Source: Lingula anatina
Lineage: Eukaryota > Animalia > Brachiopoda
Direction: 5' to 3'
NCBI GenBank assembly: GCA_051362555.1
Contig: CM120641.1
Span: 8,618,001 to 8,682,000 of the forward strand
Length of the DNA stretch: 64,000 nucleotides
Position numbers and translations under genes: made by a program. The notes under the pieces are model-generated. The model had not been told where the DNA came from. It did not search any database and saw only the letters and a list, made by a program, of their open reading frames with translations. The first letter of the stretch is position 1, and each line of letters begins with the position of its first letter. Of the stretch, positions 50,935 to 64,000 are shown in pieces.

Positions 50935-53900
50935 TCATTGTAATTTGTAAACCATTTCTTCCTTTGTTATAAGATGTGTTGCTTTATTAACCAGCTGCAT
51001 TAGAGAGTTTATATTCATGGCCCAGTCATTTAGAATGTCATTAGGATCCTTGGCAGAGACGAAGTGGACTATACCAGCAAGGCGGTCTATTTTGGCTTGA
51101 ACAGTTTTGTTCACCACTAAATTGGACAAAAACTCTTCAGTTTCCTAAAAAGTAAAAAATTTGAAGTAATGTTAATGTTTGTAAAAAAAAAAAGTTTAAT
51201 TCATAAGATGGTTTACAGTTCTGTTTACCAACAGTGATCTGAAATAACCTTGAAGTCGTATGAATAATATATTTCATGGATCCAGTGATGTTTAAATCAA
51301 GAAAAACATGAAAACTATAAAATAAACTAATGCACAAATTTAGTAATTCACATGGAAATGCCATCTTTGCACTTACAAAAAATCCATGAAATCTTAATTA
51401 AATATGACAAGTAAAAAAAGTAAAGCCTAGATTTAATCCAAAACTTACTGCTTCAGTAAGATCCAATAACTCTGCCATTCGCTTCATATTTATTCTCGTG
51501 TAATACTTTGCCATCACACGAATGTTCTGAAACAAACAAAATTCTGAAATTAAACAATTTCTATAGGGTATGTTCATCTACTTACTGACAAATATTATTT
51601 CATCTCTAATGTAATCTTCATGAAGTACTATGACAGAAAATAGTGAATATCAATTTTTAAAGGACCTCAAAAATTCATTGAACACAAAAATGTATCATAA
51701 AAAATATAGAAAGAATATCAGAAACTTAATGGTAGACAAATACAGCATTGAGGTAGTAATAAAGAACATTTAACTGTTTTCCACACTATATGCCATATAC
51801 TATTTACAGACACTCATAATGCAGTCTGGGCTTCATTTTCAAGAAAATAAAATATATCAGAGAAAAATAAATTTTCATAAAAAAAATATCAAAAAGTCTT
51901 GATCAAGGTTTAATACAATGACCATGATATCACAAATACTCACATGCTCTACCACTCGTTTCTTGAGATCATCCCATCTTTTTACACCAGCTTCTGTGTT
52001 GGTATTGAAGACATCTGTAGCTGTGCTCCCTGGGGATCCAAACTTTAGTTCACCCTCAAATGCTGCACAAAGCTGTCTCCAGTTCATTATCTCCGGAGTA
52101 GTGAAATTTTTCAACAGTTCCCTGCACAAAGATTTGATGAAAACATCAAGCCAAATGCTTCATACAATAAAACAATCATGTTACTCACTACACATAAGAC
52201 CAAAAATATGACAACAACATGTCTTGGGTATATATATTTGGGTATATATGTTACTAATAGTATCCATAATCAACAATCTGACTTAGTATACAATTTATTT
52301 ATGGTCAACCTTGATTAAGTATAAATTCAAAGCCATCTTGCTTTTACCTGTTGACCTTCTTACCTATATTTTGGAATCTCTTCCAGATTTTTATCCTCAT
52401 AAACTCTGAAGGTGTAGTCAGATTGTTCATTATCATATGGAGCTAGTACAAGGTACAGGACCACACATTTCAGGGCCTGGGGATAACAAAAGGGCAAACT
52501 TATGATTATCAACTCATTAGGTGTTGGAGATATAAAAAATATCCCTTCTGTTTCAGAATCATAAATGGGAGATATTAAGCGGTAAAAAATAGCAAAACAT
52601 TCCCTCATAAAAATGTGTATCTCTTTAGATAGTATTAGAGTATCAATTTAAAATATAATGATTAGTGACTGATTTTGTAACCCTTCTTAGAAATCTATGT
52701 CTTTTAATACTATATTTACCTGGATGGGCAAACCAGGAATAGTTATCTTTTTCCCTTTTAACAAGTCAAACAAGAAATGGTTCTAATAAATAATCATACG
52801 GATATGTCAAGTTTCAAAACATTTTTCATTGATACACTTACCTCTTTCATCTTTTCTTTATCTTCTTTAATGCTTGGGGTATCATAAATAGCTCTGAAAT
52901 GTTTGCATGTTGCAAGATAGGACCCCTCGTGCTGATCTACAGCTATCATAAGTTGGTAGTACTTCAACTTCAGTTCCTACAATGGATACAGCAGAGGATT
53001 TAACTTGATTTTGCTACTCTCATAACTATAAACACATTCACTTGAGAAATTTGCAGATGAACATCTATCATCACTTGAGAAATTTGCAGATGAACATCTA
53101 TCAATGCTGATGAGTTATAACTTCTTTATTTCTCATTACAAACGAAAGCAAAAGTGATGGAATAAACAACAGAAATAAAACCTAGATATCAGTATAACTT
53201 GTCTATGTTTTATAAAAATACTGATATCACAATACTGACAGATTTAAACAATATTACCAACCTAAAAAAGTACCTACCTCCATTCCTTCTTCATCAAAGA
53301 TCTTTGTAGCAATCTTTTTGCTGATAATCTGTGTTCTAATATAGTCCTTTTTAGCCAAACATAACCTCATCTGTTCAAGGATAAACTCCACTTTCTCTTT
53401 CTTCTCCATGGAACCAAATGTTTCCACCTATAATAAGAAAAATAAGCTTGTATTACTGATGTTAATTCAGCCAGTATGTATAAGATTAAAAAGTAAGGTC
53501 AGTATGCTTCCCATAGTGGTGAAACCTGCAAGAGAGGTGCTTATCCCTGGTTTCTGGAGTATTAAGATATTTCTGTTTCACAAATTACTTCCCAACAAAC
53601 CATGTTGGTGCAAATATTCAGAAAAAAATGAAACATCATATTTCATAATCTGTAGTTTATATTTAAACAAATGCTTGTTATACTAAGTTTTTAGAAGTTT
53701 GTTTACATCTATATTTCTGTTGACAAGCTTACCTGCAATTCCTGGAGAATACTTGCAGCTTCTGTAATGTTTCCTTCATCTTCTTTTATCTTGGCAAGTG
53801 TTCTTGTTAGTCTGGCTCTTTCAATTTCTACATATATCTACACAAGTAAATCAACAAATCATTAAAACAAAATCTCATGAAATAAAATGAAAAAATGACA

Positions 53901-55928
53901 TAAAAAGAAATTATTTTATGGCATTCTAGTGAAGTCACAATGAAGTCGGACATTTATTGAAAGACAGAGGTAGGTTTTATTAGCCAGAAATAGCAAAAGA
54001 TGTTTCAGATTATATTAATGATTGGCTGAGTTGTTGAGCTCAAAACACAAACTTCAGATTGTGGAGAGCTTTGCTCTGTTTCTTCTTCTTTTTAACAAGA
54101 ACTTGTCTGCATGGACTATCTAACAACACAAGATACAAAAGTAGGGATATTAATATATTTGCAATTACAAACCATTTCACCAGATATGCCTAAGCATACC
54201 CTACTCCCAATCAGTCAGCAAGAACTACTGGGAAAACTACTATGCGCTTTTCAATAATTTCAATCTTACTTTGCCAGCTGTAACAGTCCTTAGTGTATCA
54301 ATAAGTTTAAGTTTGGTCTCCATATCAGGGGTCTGTTCAACATAACTGCAGGCCTCTTGAACCATCTTAGTCACAGCCTGAAATATAAAACCCAACATTT
54401 TCTTAATAGTCATGAATATAAACATTACCAATGTTGTAAAATGTGATTATTTACAATGAGCCATGTTACATAATTCTTGGCACCATCCTTAATTACATCA
54501 AGGCAATTACTACAATCTTTTACAGGCAATCAAGCATAAATCAAACCAAAGGTTTTATTAAGAGCAATAACAGTATTACTAGTAACTGCATCTCTTTGTG
54601 CAGTATATTTCATGTATGTTTTTTTCTTTATAATGTTAATCTTTTACTTACCTGTTTCATTTGTCCCCGCTTTTTTGTTAACAACACAATATTTTCATTT
54701 AGGGCACTCCAGTCTTTCTGATCAAAACACATCTTTACAATGCCAACCAAAATCTTGGCAGTTGAATGATAATCAGCAGCCTAAAATAGTTTCAAAATAA
54801 AATGAGCACACAGAAAAAAAAATTGGAGAGAAGCCACTATTTCATTCATAGTTCTTTACAGAAATAACGATTTGTACTCTAAAAAATATGATGTTTATTA
54901 TATTAAAACAATTATCACCATAATTATTATTATCATTATTACTAAATGAGTGCAACTGACAAATAACACTCACTGTCCTTGTCATTTTCTCTAGTCCAAG
55001 AAGTATATCTATGGCTTCAGTTAACTTCCCTGCCTGAAATATATAATGCAATTATGGATTTATTGGCATTGTACTAATTTCACAAAATGACTGAAAAACA
55101 ATATTCATTTGCATTCCAAAAGCACAGGAAACATATAATTACTTCTAACAGACCTGGCAACCAATAAAATAACACACACAAACACACACACACATATATA
55201 TATATATATTATGCCAAAAGAGGTACATCTGTTTACAAATAATTAAAATCAGCAAATTTGTAAGTTTTTTTTCTACACATATTTAAATAATATTAATAAA
55301 AGAATTTAGAAACAACTATAACTATTAATACTATATAATATAATATATTTATATATTTTATATAATAGGGTAGTAAAAACAAGAGGTTGACATTGGGAAT
55401 GCTTTTGATCTTGCTCTCCAAATGCACAGTTGTGCAAATAGCCAGTTTCCACACTGAAAAAGTTCCATCAAGATTTTACCATCATTTCTCCGAAATATGC
55501 GTATTTTAAAAATTCAAATGATTATTTTAGTATCTCTGTTGGAACAAAGTTTTAATTAAAATTTCATTATGATTTGACAGTTATCAGTAGAATACACACT
55601 TCTGAGGCATTCCTATTTGGAACTTTACATATTTTGGTAAAAATACAGATAATCTAACTTTGAACAGTAGCCATCATCACAGTTCACTAAAATTCCAATT
55701 CAATGAGTGATGCCATGATGAGTGACTTGCTTTTTTGGAAGCCTTAACAAAGAGGTAACAACCAACCGTAAAATGACAAATTTCATAAAAACGTGAAAGC
55801 TGAAATTGTGTCATTGGCCATAAGTTCCTAACCTTTGCGAGTTTTTCACACTCGGGAAGTTTTTGCTCCACAGTGGAGCTGTAATCAACTTCCATCTTCT
55901 GGATACGTCCATCGCCGGTGTCCGCCAT
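50935..55928 (-). CDS. PSMD12: 26S proteasome non-ATPase regulatory subunit 12 (Rpn5), 11 exons, 453 aa
   Basis: complement(join(50935..51144,51449..51526,51944..52121,52364..52476,52842..52976,53278..53427,53733..53837,54270..54377,54652..54780,54974..55033,55833..55928)) = 1362 nt, all GT-AG. Motifs [63 protein letters not shown] and [10 protein letters not shown] (PCI domain). Confidence 0.97.
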
Positions 55929-56266
55929 GTTGTCTGTGTTAGAAACGATCTCCAAAGTAAAGTCTCATTCTCAGTACCTTTGATCTTGGTACGTTTTACT
56001 AAGAACGAGGTTATAAACATCATTTAATTTATATTTTAACTACTCTTTTGATTACATCAACAGAGATGATATTAAAACCATAAGATATATTTTATCAACT
56101 TGAAAAATTATATACTTATTTGAGTACATTGTAAAACTCATGCTCGCGAGAAATTTTTGACCTTTACCTTTGACCTTGACCTCTGGTATTGATATCCTGA
56201 ACACATGCCACACGCGAGTGTGGTTGTAGATAGAAGTTTGCTTTCAGAGAGACTAAACAGTGAGAG
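55929..56266. promoter_or_regulatory. bidirectional promoter region between PSMD12 and PITPNC1
   Basis: 338 bp between divergent ATGs; CTCGCGAGA (CGCG/BANP-type element) at 56143-56151; TGACCT-TTACCT-T-TGACCT-TGACCT at 56158-56182. Confidence 0.7.
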
Positions 56267-59200
56267 ATGTTACTGAAAGAGTACCGAGTATGTATGCCAC
56301 TCACTGTGGAAGAGGTATGTCTTTACAAATGGTCAAAAATGCATTGTAAATGCCGTTGTTATGTTGCAAATCGGTACACTCAAAGCACAGGACATCAAGT
56401 TGTACCGTAATTTGTGCTGGACATTGCATGATGTCCATTGGCATTGTCAACATAATAACTTTCATCAAGTCACAATTACACTGCTACGTTAATGATCAGA
56501 TAATAGAGCAATCATTTTACCCAAAATTATAAATTACTCAAACTTTTGTATTAAAAAAATTGGATATCACAAAAATCTCTGAGCGCTGATAGTACTGCAG
56601 ATATCTTGTTCAAAAATATGTAGATTTTTAGTTTCCGTCTTGATTAATTAGGGGGTGGGGCAATTAAAAATATTCCGTCTCTTATCAAAAGGAAGGCGCA
56701 GGGTAGGTATGAGAAGGGATCTTTCAGTTCTATCAAATTCCCTTAAATACTTATATTGATTTTTCAGTATCGTATTGGGCAGCTATATATGATAACTAAG
56801 CACAGTCATGAACAAAGTGAAAAAGGTGAAGGTGTAGAAGTGGTCAGAAATGAACCTTGTGAAGATACCAATTATGGAACTGGACAGTATACAGAGAAAA
56901 GAGTCTATCTGAACAGGTAAGTAAATAGCCAGTTGCTCTGTTGCTTAGATGAAATACAGTTTAATAAAGACATCAAACAATGGGCATTATAGACCTTTAT
57001 TTATATAGTTAATCTTTTATTATTATTATTATTATTTTTTTTTGGATATTTTAACACTTCATATAATCACCAATGCACAGCATATCCAAAACAGTTGAAA
57101 AAACTACAAGATAGAAACCTGTGTGTAATTGTTAGTTTCTTAAGGTGTTGGAGACTTATGGATTTCCCTTAAAATATGGTGAAAATTAGTAAAAAAAAAA
57201 AAAGTGTATGGATTGTAATTTATTCAAAGGTATTTGATATGGTATGCCTTGGTGATTAAGGAAATTTGGTCATATTTATTTAAAAATTCATTTTATGCTC
57301 TATAATGGTTGTAAAGTATGAATTTTTACACTGTATACTGATTATTATTGCACTTTGAATATTTCAAATAATGTGCCAATAGAAAAAATTATTTTTCTTT
57401 TTTCTTTTTTTGATAAATGAAAAGGGTAACGCATCAAACCACTGTGTTTGGTTTTTCATATAAGAATTAAAACATCATCTCTGTAGGTAAGCAGCCATGT
57501 CAGGTTTCAAATGGCATTTATAGCCTTTATTATTGACACCTTCATACATGGCTTATTAACTTCAAAATTCCAAAAGAGATATTTTGTAGATTACTAGTAA
57601 ATACTTTCCTTGATAAATGCCATTTACAGAAGTAAGAATCTGAAAACAGCTTTGCAGTTTTCTCTTTGCTTGTGCACTTAAAGTAATTGTTCTGCATCAT
57701 GTATGAGTAGAAGGGAGTGCTAATATCTGCAGGTGATTTTTCTGCATTTCTGTAAATGTCACTTTAAATTTGTCCTTGCATTTATGTGTGTTATTGAATT
57801 AGAAAAAGGGATGGATTTCAAACCCAGATACAGAAAATACATCTTAATAAGTGCACTGTATAATTTCGCCTATGCGGTCATTTAGTAGTTATCAAGTGTG
57901 GTTCATCTTTTTTCCAAAAGCAAAAATAAATCATTTTTGAAAAAATAGTTTGTTTCCTATTTCATGATGTTTTAGAGTAAAATTATACTATTCTATATTA
58001 TATTATATTCTATATATTATACAGAATTAGCTCTGAAACCCATCTGTTTTCAAATATTTTCCTAAATTCCTAGAGATGTTTATTACCAATGAAGCCCTCA
58101 AACTCTGGGTTTTCATGAGCAGACTCTAGGTCAGGCTAGTCATGAATAGAAGATACTTGCTTGACCTTTCTTCAGGTGAATTCCAAATGCACTTACATTG
58201 CTCAAAGGATAGTAAACATTGTTGATGATTATCTGCAAGCATTGAGAGTAAATGTGCAATTTTTCATCACCGATTTTCACATTAATGGAGCTTTAATGAA
58301 TCGTCTGCCTGAGGGTGATTAGTAAAAGGACTGTATACATACAATTAAACTCAAAACCAGCCTCTTAAATGTTGAAACATATTGATTTCTCTGGTAGGGA
58401 TCTTAATAAGCTAAATCACAGATTAATCCTGTAAATGGAAATATTAGTGCTGGAAGTGTATTGTAATAATGTTCTTATATCTTTTTTGCTAAAAGCAGTC
58501 TAACAGGTACTAATTGATTGTGACGAAACTCGTTTTATAGATTTTTTTACTTTCCCAATAGTGGATTCATGTAAAAGTTTTATGTGATGGCTTAATTCTG
58601 GGATGACTGTCTTTATGAATAAATTTTCACCTGATTTATACTGTATTGTATATGAATTGGAATAGATAGAAAATGCATACCATCAGTAAAGACTGGCAAA
58701 TATCTGTGATATTTTGGGTTGAAAGGTTATTTGATTTACCTATTTCAATTATTTGATAATTCTGTCAATAAAATGCCACCTGTCAACAAATTTGACTCCC
58801 AGACATGTTTCATTGTCATTGAACTGAGAGCCTATGTATTGAATTGGCATTTGTTTCATAATCATAAAAAAATGTATGCAGTGTATATTGAAAAATATTT
58901 TGAATGCAGTATACCGTTGTATTTTATATTGCAACGTTGTTTCAGGAGGGCCTAGATGTAAATGTGAGAAAAGAGAAATATATCCGCAGGCAGCTTGTAA
59001 ATTCAGGTTTCCTGGCAGCACACTTCTCATAGTTATCAAAGACAAGTGGAGTGTTCTAAACACCTGTGCTTATTAGAAGTACAAGGGCAGGTTTCCGCCT
59101 GCTGAATCTTGCTGTGATAATGTCTTATTGAACAGGATTTTTGGTCTCATACATGTGTAGTTAACAGATTTTATACCCTAGGTAATAGATATATTTGTGT

Positions 59201-59594
59201 TGTGTATTTTGAGATACCTGTGGGAGGCATTGCAGTGGTGGCAAAAATTTGATGCATATAGAGGTATTACATGTGGGCATTTAGGTTTTACTTGATCTTT
59301 ATCAAATGTAATTTTTTATTCAATAAGTGAAAAATTTTGAAAAGAATTTTTTTTGTTAAAAAGTATGATCAAGACCTAACAATTCATACCTTAATTGCAA
59401 GTTTTTTCTTTCAGAAAAAAAAAGAAAACGTTTGAATTCAAATAGCTTTACCAAGGAAAAAGCTCATCTTTCATTATATCTTGTATTTTTCCCTTTCAAT
59501 TCCAGCCGCCTGCCAAGCTGGGTGCGGGCCCTCATTCCTAATATCTTTTATATCACTGAAAAAGCATGGAATTTCTACCCTTACACCAGGACAG
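56267..59594 (+). CDS. PITPNC1: cytoplasmic phosphatidylinositol transfer protein 1 (RdgB-beta), first three exons; gene continues beyond the window
   Basis: join(56267..56314,56768..56916,59506..59594): MLLKEYRVCMPLTVEE/YRIGQLYMITKHSHEQSEKGEGVEVVRNEPCEDTNYGTGQYTEKRVYLNS/RLPSWVRALIPNIFYITEKAWNFYPYTRT; not reported by the ORF track. Confidence 0.95.
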
Positions 59595-62185
59595 GTAGGT
59601 AGTGGAAGCAGCAAAAATATTTTTGTTTCTTTTTAGTGAGGAGGACCCAATAAATTACAGCCTTAACCTTTAGCTCTCAATTGCTTAGGGTGCTTTACAT
59701 TGCTTGTTATCTTTGTAGAGTGAATACTGTTGTGTTCTGCTTGATTTAACAAAAATATGTAAGTTCTAACTCCCAGGAACAGAAATAGTGTTTGTGAACC
59801 TCTGCATTTTAACTTCTAAGTCATGCTTTTAAGCATTGGAATATTGATCCCTAATTCATCCCCTGACCACTTAATTTAGGCATTACAGGAAGATTGCAGA
59901 GAGTTGCTTCCTGAGCCAAAAGAACTTAAAAATTGCTCATAAATTTTTTCACTGTTTTAAAAATGAGATATCTCAGGCTAATAATAACAAAGTTTATACA
60001 ACCACTGTATACATATGATAAAAAACACATAAAATTGAAATTGTTTTTATCATCTCTGGTTGAAGAAATAATTAGCATAAGGCATTAATATGTTATTAGT
60101 GGGCAATGACATATAGTTAGTAGTCTACTCAGACATAGGAAGAGACTCATCTGCTAGTTGCACAGACATTTAATCTGGCATTGTGTTATAAAGAGCCCTG
60201 AAATAAGTATAAGAAACTGGCTGCATTTCATTAGTTCATATGTTGTAAAAATTGTTTGTTTTTTTTTGCAAAGCTCATACACAAGCATGTTGAAAGATTC
60301 AAAGTGGCTGAAAAAGTTTTCTAAATGGAAGAAAAGAGAATGTTGTTAAATCTTTTTATCCTTGATTTATCAATGATTTGCTTTAAGGCTGATTTAGTTG
60401 AGAAATTCTGTTGATAAGCTTTAAGATTTATAATGACTGGCGGTGTTGAATGTATCATTTATTTGGAAGACCTACTGGATAGCATCACTTTGTGTACAGT
60501 ATGCATGTGCTTTGAGTTGATAATTTCCTCATTTTTTAAAAATCATTTTAAATAAATGGCTCTGCTGCTTTTTATAAACTGCTTGGAAAGACAAGTAAAA
60601 TGTGTATCTGTTTGATTACATTGGAGACCAAAATAGCATCAAATCTGCAATATGTTATCTGTGGGAAACCCAAACGAATGGCAACATAGTCTGAACATTG
60701 TGTATTTCGGTGTCATAGCAAAGGTGAGCTTTATAAAGGTGCTTTTCCAAAACAAGCCTGTTCCACAAGTTCACATGAAGATACATGATCCCTTATAACT
60801 TGGAATTCCAGGAAATTTGATTCCGTGTTGAGTGCGAGAAGAATTTCCTGTTATCTGACAGTATTCAAAGATGGTTGTTTTGATAACAGTTTTGACCCTA
60901 GAAATTTCAGCTGATTAATCTTCAAGTATAAGCTTAGAATAAGAATTTATATTATAATAAAGTGGCATACTGAATGAAATGAAAGCAGCAAATTGAACTC
61001 ACTTTCTGTCTGCTCTTTGCAATACATTCTAACCCATCTACTAGGTTTTTTTTTGTGAATGACCTATCATCTTCACATGAGTGTAATCATTTTTTGGTAT
61101 CCACATTCAACCACATATTGTAAAATTAATGCAACCCATGAGGCTTCATTAAACAAAGATAGCACAGTATGAACCAAGAGGCCTAAAATGAGGCTTCCTG
61201 CACTGCGTGAGATCATATGAGACTAGGAAATGTTAAAAAAATTTGTGAGTTTGGGCTAACCTTTAAGCCATTAGGGTGAAACTCTATGCAGCGGGAATGT
61301 CATCTTACAAAGCATGGAAAAGTTACACGCAAAACATGCATGAGTATGTACTGTTGTGCAAAAGATTGTAATTTCACAGAACTTTAGGGGACCAGTAAGT
61401 GAGAATATTTTCCTTATCAGCTTAAATACTGCAGAAACAAACATTGTCATGTTGAGATAAAGCATTTGCATCAGAAGTACAGAGAGGTGAATTTGTTAAC
61501 TCAAGCTGATGGTATAACTGAGGCATTTTTTGGTGAAATCTGTATTATTGATTTCAAATATAGAACAGCTCTAAACTCTATTTATTGCCTGTTTAATCAC
61601 AACAATAAGTACTACCAGGAAATTTCTTGTAAGGCTTAAATTTCTTCTGATCTTATCAGTCAAATGTTAAAAAATGCATTTGTTTATGGAACATAATAAC
61701 TAGGGGCTCACATATCCTAAACAAAAAGTGTTAAAACCAAACACTGGTACCAGAGTCGCCCTAGTCATCCATCATGTCAATTTTATAATAACATCCTACA
61801 TTGTTACTGAATAACATTGGGAAACTGATCACTTATCTTAAATCAATTTTGAAAGTAGCAAAACTGATAATTAACGTTTGACCACTCTTTGTGCACATGC
61901 AAATAGGATAAATAGGATAAATAAAGCAACAAAAAGGGAGGTTGTGCTCTAAAATCATTTATCCTACTGCTTTGAAATTAAGATAAGAATTTCACATAAA
62001 AGAAACGAGGGGGGAGCTATTTTGAGAAATTAAGACCTATAAAATGTATCCAATTCACTAAGAAAAAACAACTAGAAAAATATCCATGGGTAAATCACAC
62101 TGCACTTCTAAGTCCACCATTATTATTTACCCTTCTCTCCTCCAAATCCCATGAAATCTCACGTGAATATACATTAAACCACTAC

Positions 62186-62188
<3 letters not shown>

Positions 62189-62250
<62 letters not shown>

Positions 62251-62252
62251 TA
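62189..62252. repeat. (ATTT)n microsatellite
   Basis: about 15 units. Confidence 0.9.
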
Positions 62253-62600
62253 TTCATTTGGTCTAGTATTAAAAGAGACCTACCTGGATGTTCTTTTACC
62301 TTTAACTGCACTTAAGAATATTTTGGTTGATATTATTTATATTTGTGTAACCTTTGAGTTGGAAGTTCAAAAATCTATTGCCCTACCCAAGTCACTTGTC
62401 AGGTAAGGTTCACTCCTATGGAACTATAAGGAATGCACTTTTTATGTTGGCCATATTCCCACTAAATTATTATATATGATGATGTATAGGGTAGTATGAT
62501 AGATACATGTCAAGCAATAATTAGCATTATAAAGTAGTTTATGGGTGGAATTGCATTTAAGTGTCTGCTTCCTGTAGTTATGCAACTTTTCCCCCCCCCC

Positions 62601-62604
<4 letters not shown>

Positions 62605-62643
<39 letters not shown>

Positions 62644-62675
62644 AAAAAATAATAATAATAATGATAATAATAATT
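62605..62675. repeat. (AAAT)n/(AAT)n compound microsatellite after a poly-C run
   Basis: direct reading. Confidence 0.85.
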
Positions 62676-64000
62676 ATTATGAGAACTATAATTGTAATTT
62701 TAAATTCCAGTTTTAAAGAAGAGAATATTACAAAAGAACAAATTATATGTTATGGTAATGATTCGATCTTTTTAATGGGTAAAAATTATATAACTTTCAG
62801 ATACATAATTTTATAATCACAAAAATTGTATTTCTTTATAGCATTTGTGGTGCTTTGACTGCATAGGTTGGAACTGTGCAGTAGCTAGCCTGCTTCTTAA
62901 TTTTGTTGCTACCACTCAACAAGAATGTTCTAACTCTAAGAAATTATGACTTAAAAACAGAGTTTCTGTAAAATTCACAACTGTCCCCCATTGAAAAAAT
63001 CAAGGAATTACCATTTTTCATACAACAGAACCTTTAGTACATATGGAGGCTGTGGCTTGTAGAAATTCTAAGGTTGTGGTTATGAAAGTTGGTATGAAAA
63101 TACATATAGCCAGCTGCTATTGAAACACAGATGCTCTGTAGATCTAACGATCTTGTTGATATGGATTGTTACCTTTGCAGACTTACAATAATCATGGTAT
63201 GGTTGTATTTACTGTGCCATACAGAAGGAAGAGTAAGTCAGGGTGATTGACAACTTTGCTTGTCGAATTCAAGCATATCATCAGTGCAATGGTGGTCATT
63301 TGGAACAAGTTCTGTAAAGAATGCACCCTTTGAGTAAGAGACATCAAATTTCAAAATCAATGTTTTTTTAAAATTATTATTATATCAGCTTCCAGGACAT
63401 GTAATCTTGTCTTTGTTTCTCGTCTCAGTAATAGATCAGTAATATATGTATAGATATATATAATGGGTTCCATCTAATTTGAGACACCCTGTACTTGGTT
63501 ATTGTAGCAAGGTGGCATATTATTTGATCAGTGTATTATTGGTATTGCTCTTTTTCCTGAATGTGAACATTTGTATATTGTTTCCTCTTTACCTACTCTG
63601 CATGCAAGTTACATCTGTTTTGTATCTGCAGTTTAATAGTGGCATTCATAAAAAGCATGACTTGTCATGAAATTTGAACATTAATTCAAGCACAGCATTG
63701 CGATTTTGCTTAATAATAGATAATGTGAACATGTAGTTTGCAGTAGTTTTCCAAAGTCAGACCAATTATACTGCAGCATGGAAAATATCTATATATTTAA
63801 AAATTTTTTTTAACAATAAATAATTGAACTGATTAACTCTGATTTGGAAAATGAAAACTACTTCATTTCCCTTTTATTGCTGATTTTTGAAAAAAGATCT
63901 TGAGTGCCTTTCTGAAAGAAAAGATATGCATGCCAATCCTCATTGTTGGGTATCCATGGTACCCAATTGAGGTTTTGTAATACTAGTGTCATTTCTTTAA

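Noticed and set aside
53039-53104. ~33-bp tandem duplication in a PSMD12 intron (similar short duplications at ~1925-1953, ~25560-25620 and ~49198-49229)
   Set aside because: Ordinary slippage duplications with no sign of function.

Overview
AT-rich, intron-rich animal DNA. The repeat types suggest a mollusc or other lophotrochozoan, which is inference only. Most entries in the ORF track are spurious. Hand-assembling GT-AG exons gives four genes: (1) a 4-coding-exon AlkD-family HEAT-like-repeat DNA glycosylase (+, 733-2753, 255 aa) closely resembling the Bacillus-type enzyme; (2) a 25-exon prominin (+, 5138-45536, ~977 aa) with a long Gly/Tyr/Arg-rich cytoplasmic tail and a probable alternative last exon; (3) an 11-exon 26S proteasome lid subunit PSMD12/Rpn5 (-, 55928-50935, 453 aa); (4) the first three exons of PITPNC1/RdgB-beta (+, from 56267), head-to-head with PSMD12 as in human. 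Prominin introns carry many non-autonomous DNA transposons: Helentron/HINE-type elements, Academ-like and Harbinger-like MITEs, a decayed hAT element with a 6-bp TSD, and a possible nested Kolobok. One HINE-type element holds a 146-bp satellite array carrying nuclear-receptor DR1 motifs. All coordinates were read by eye, no database searches were run, and TE superfamily labels are provisional.
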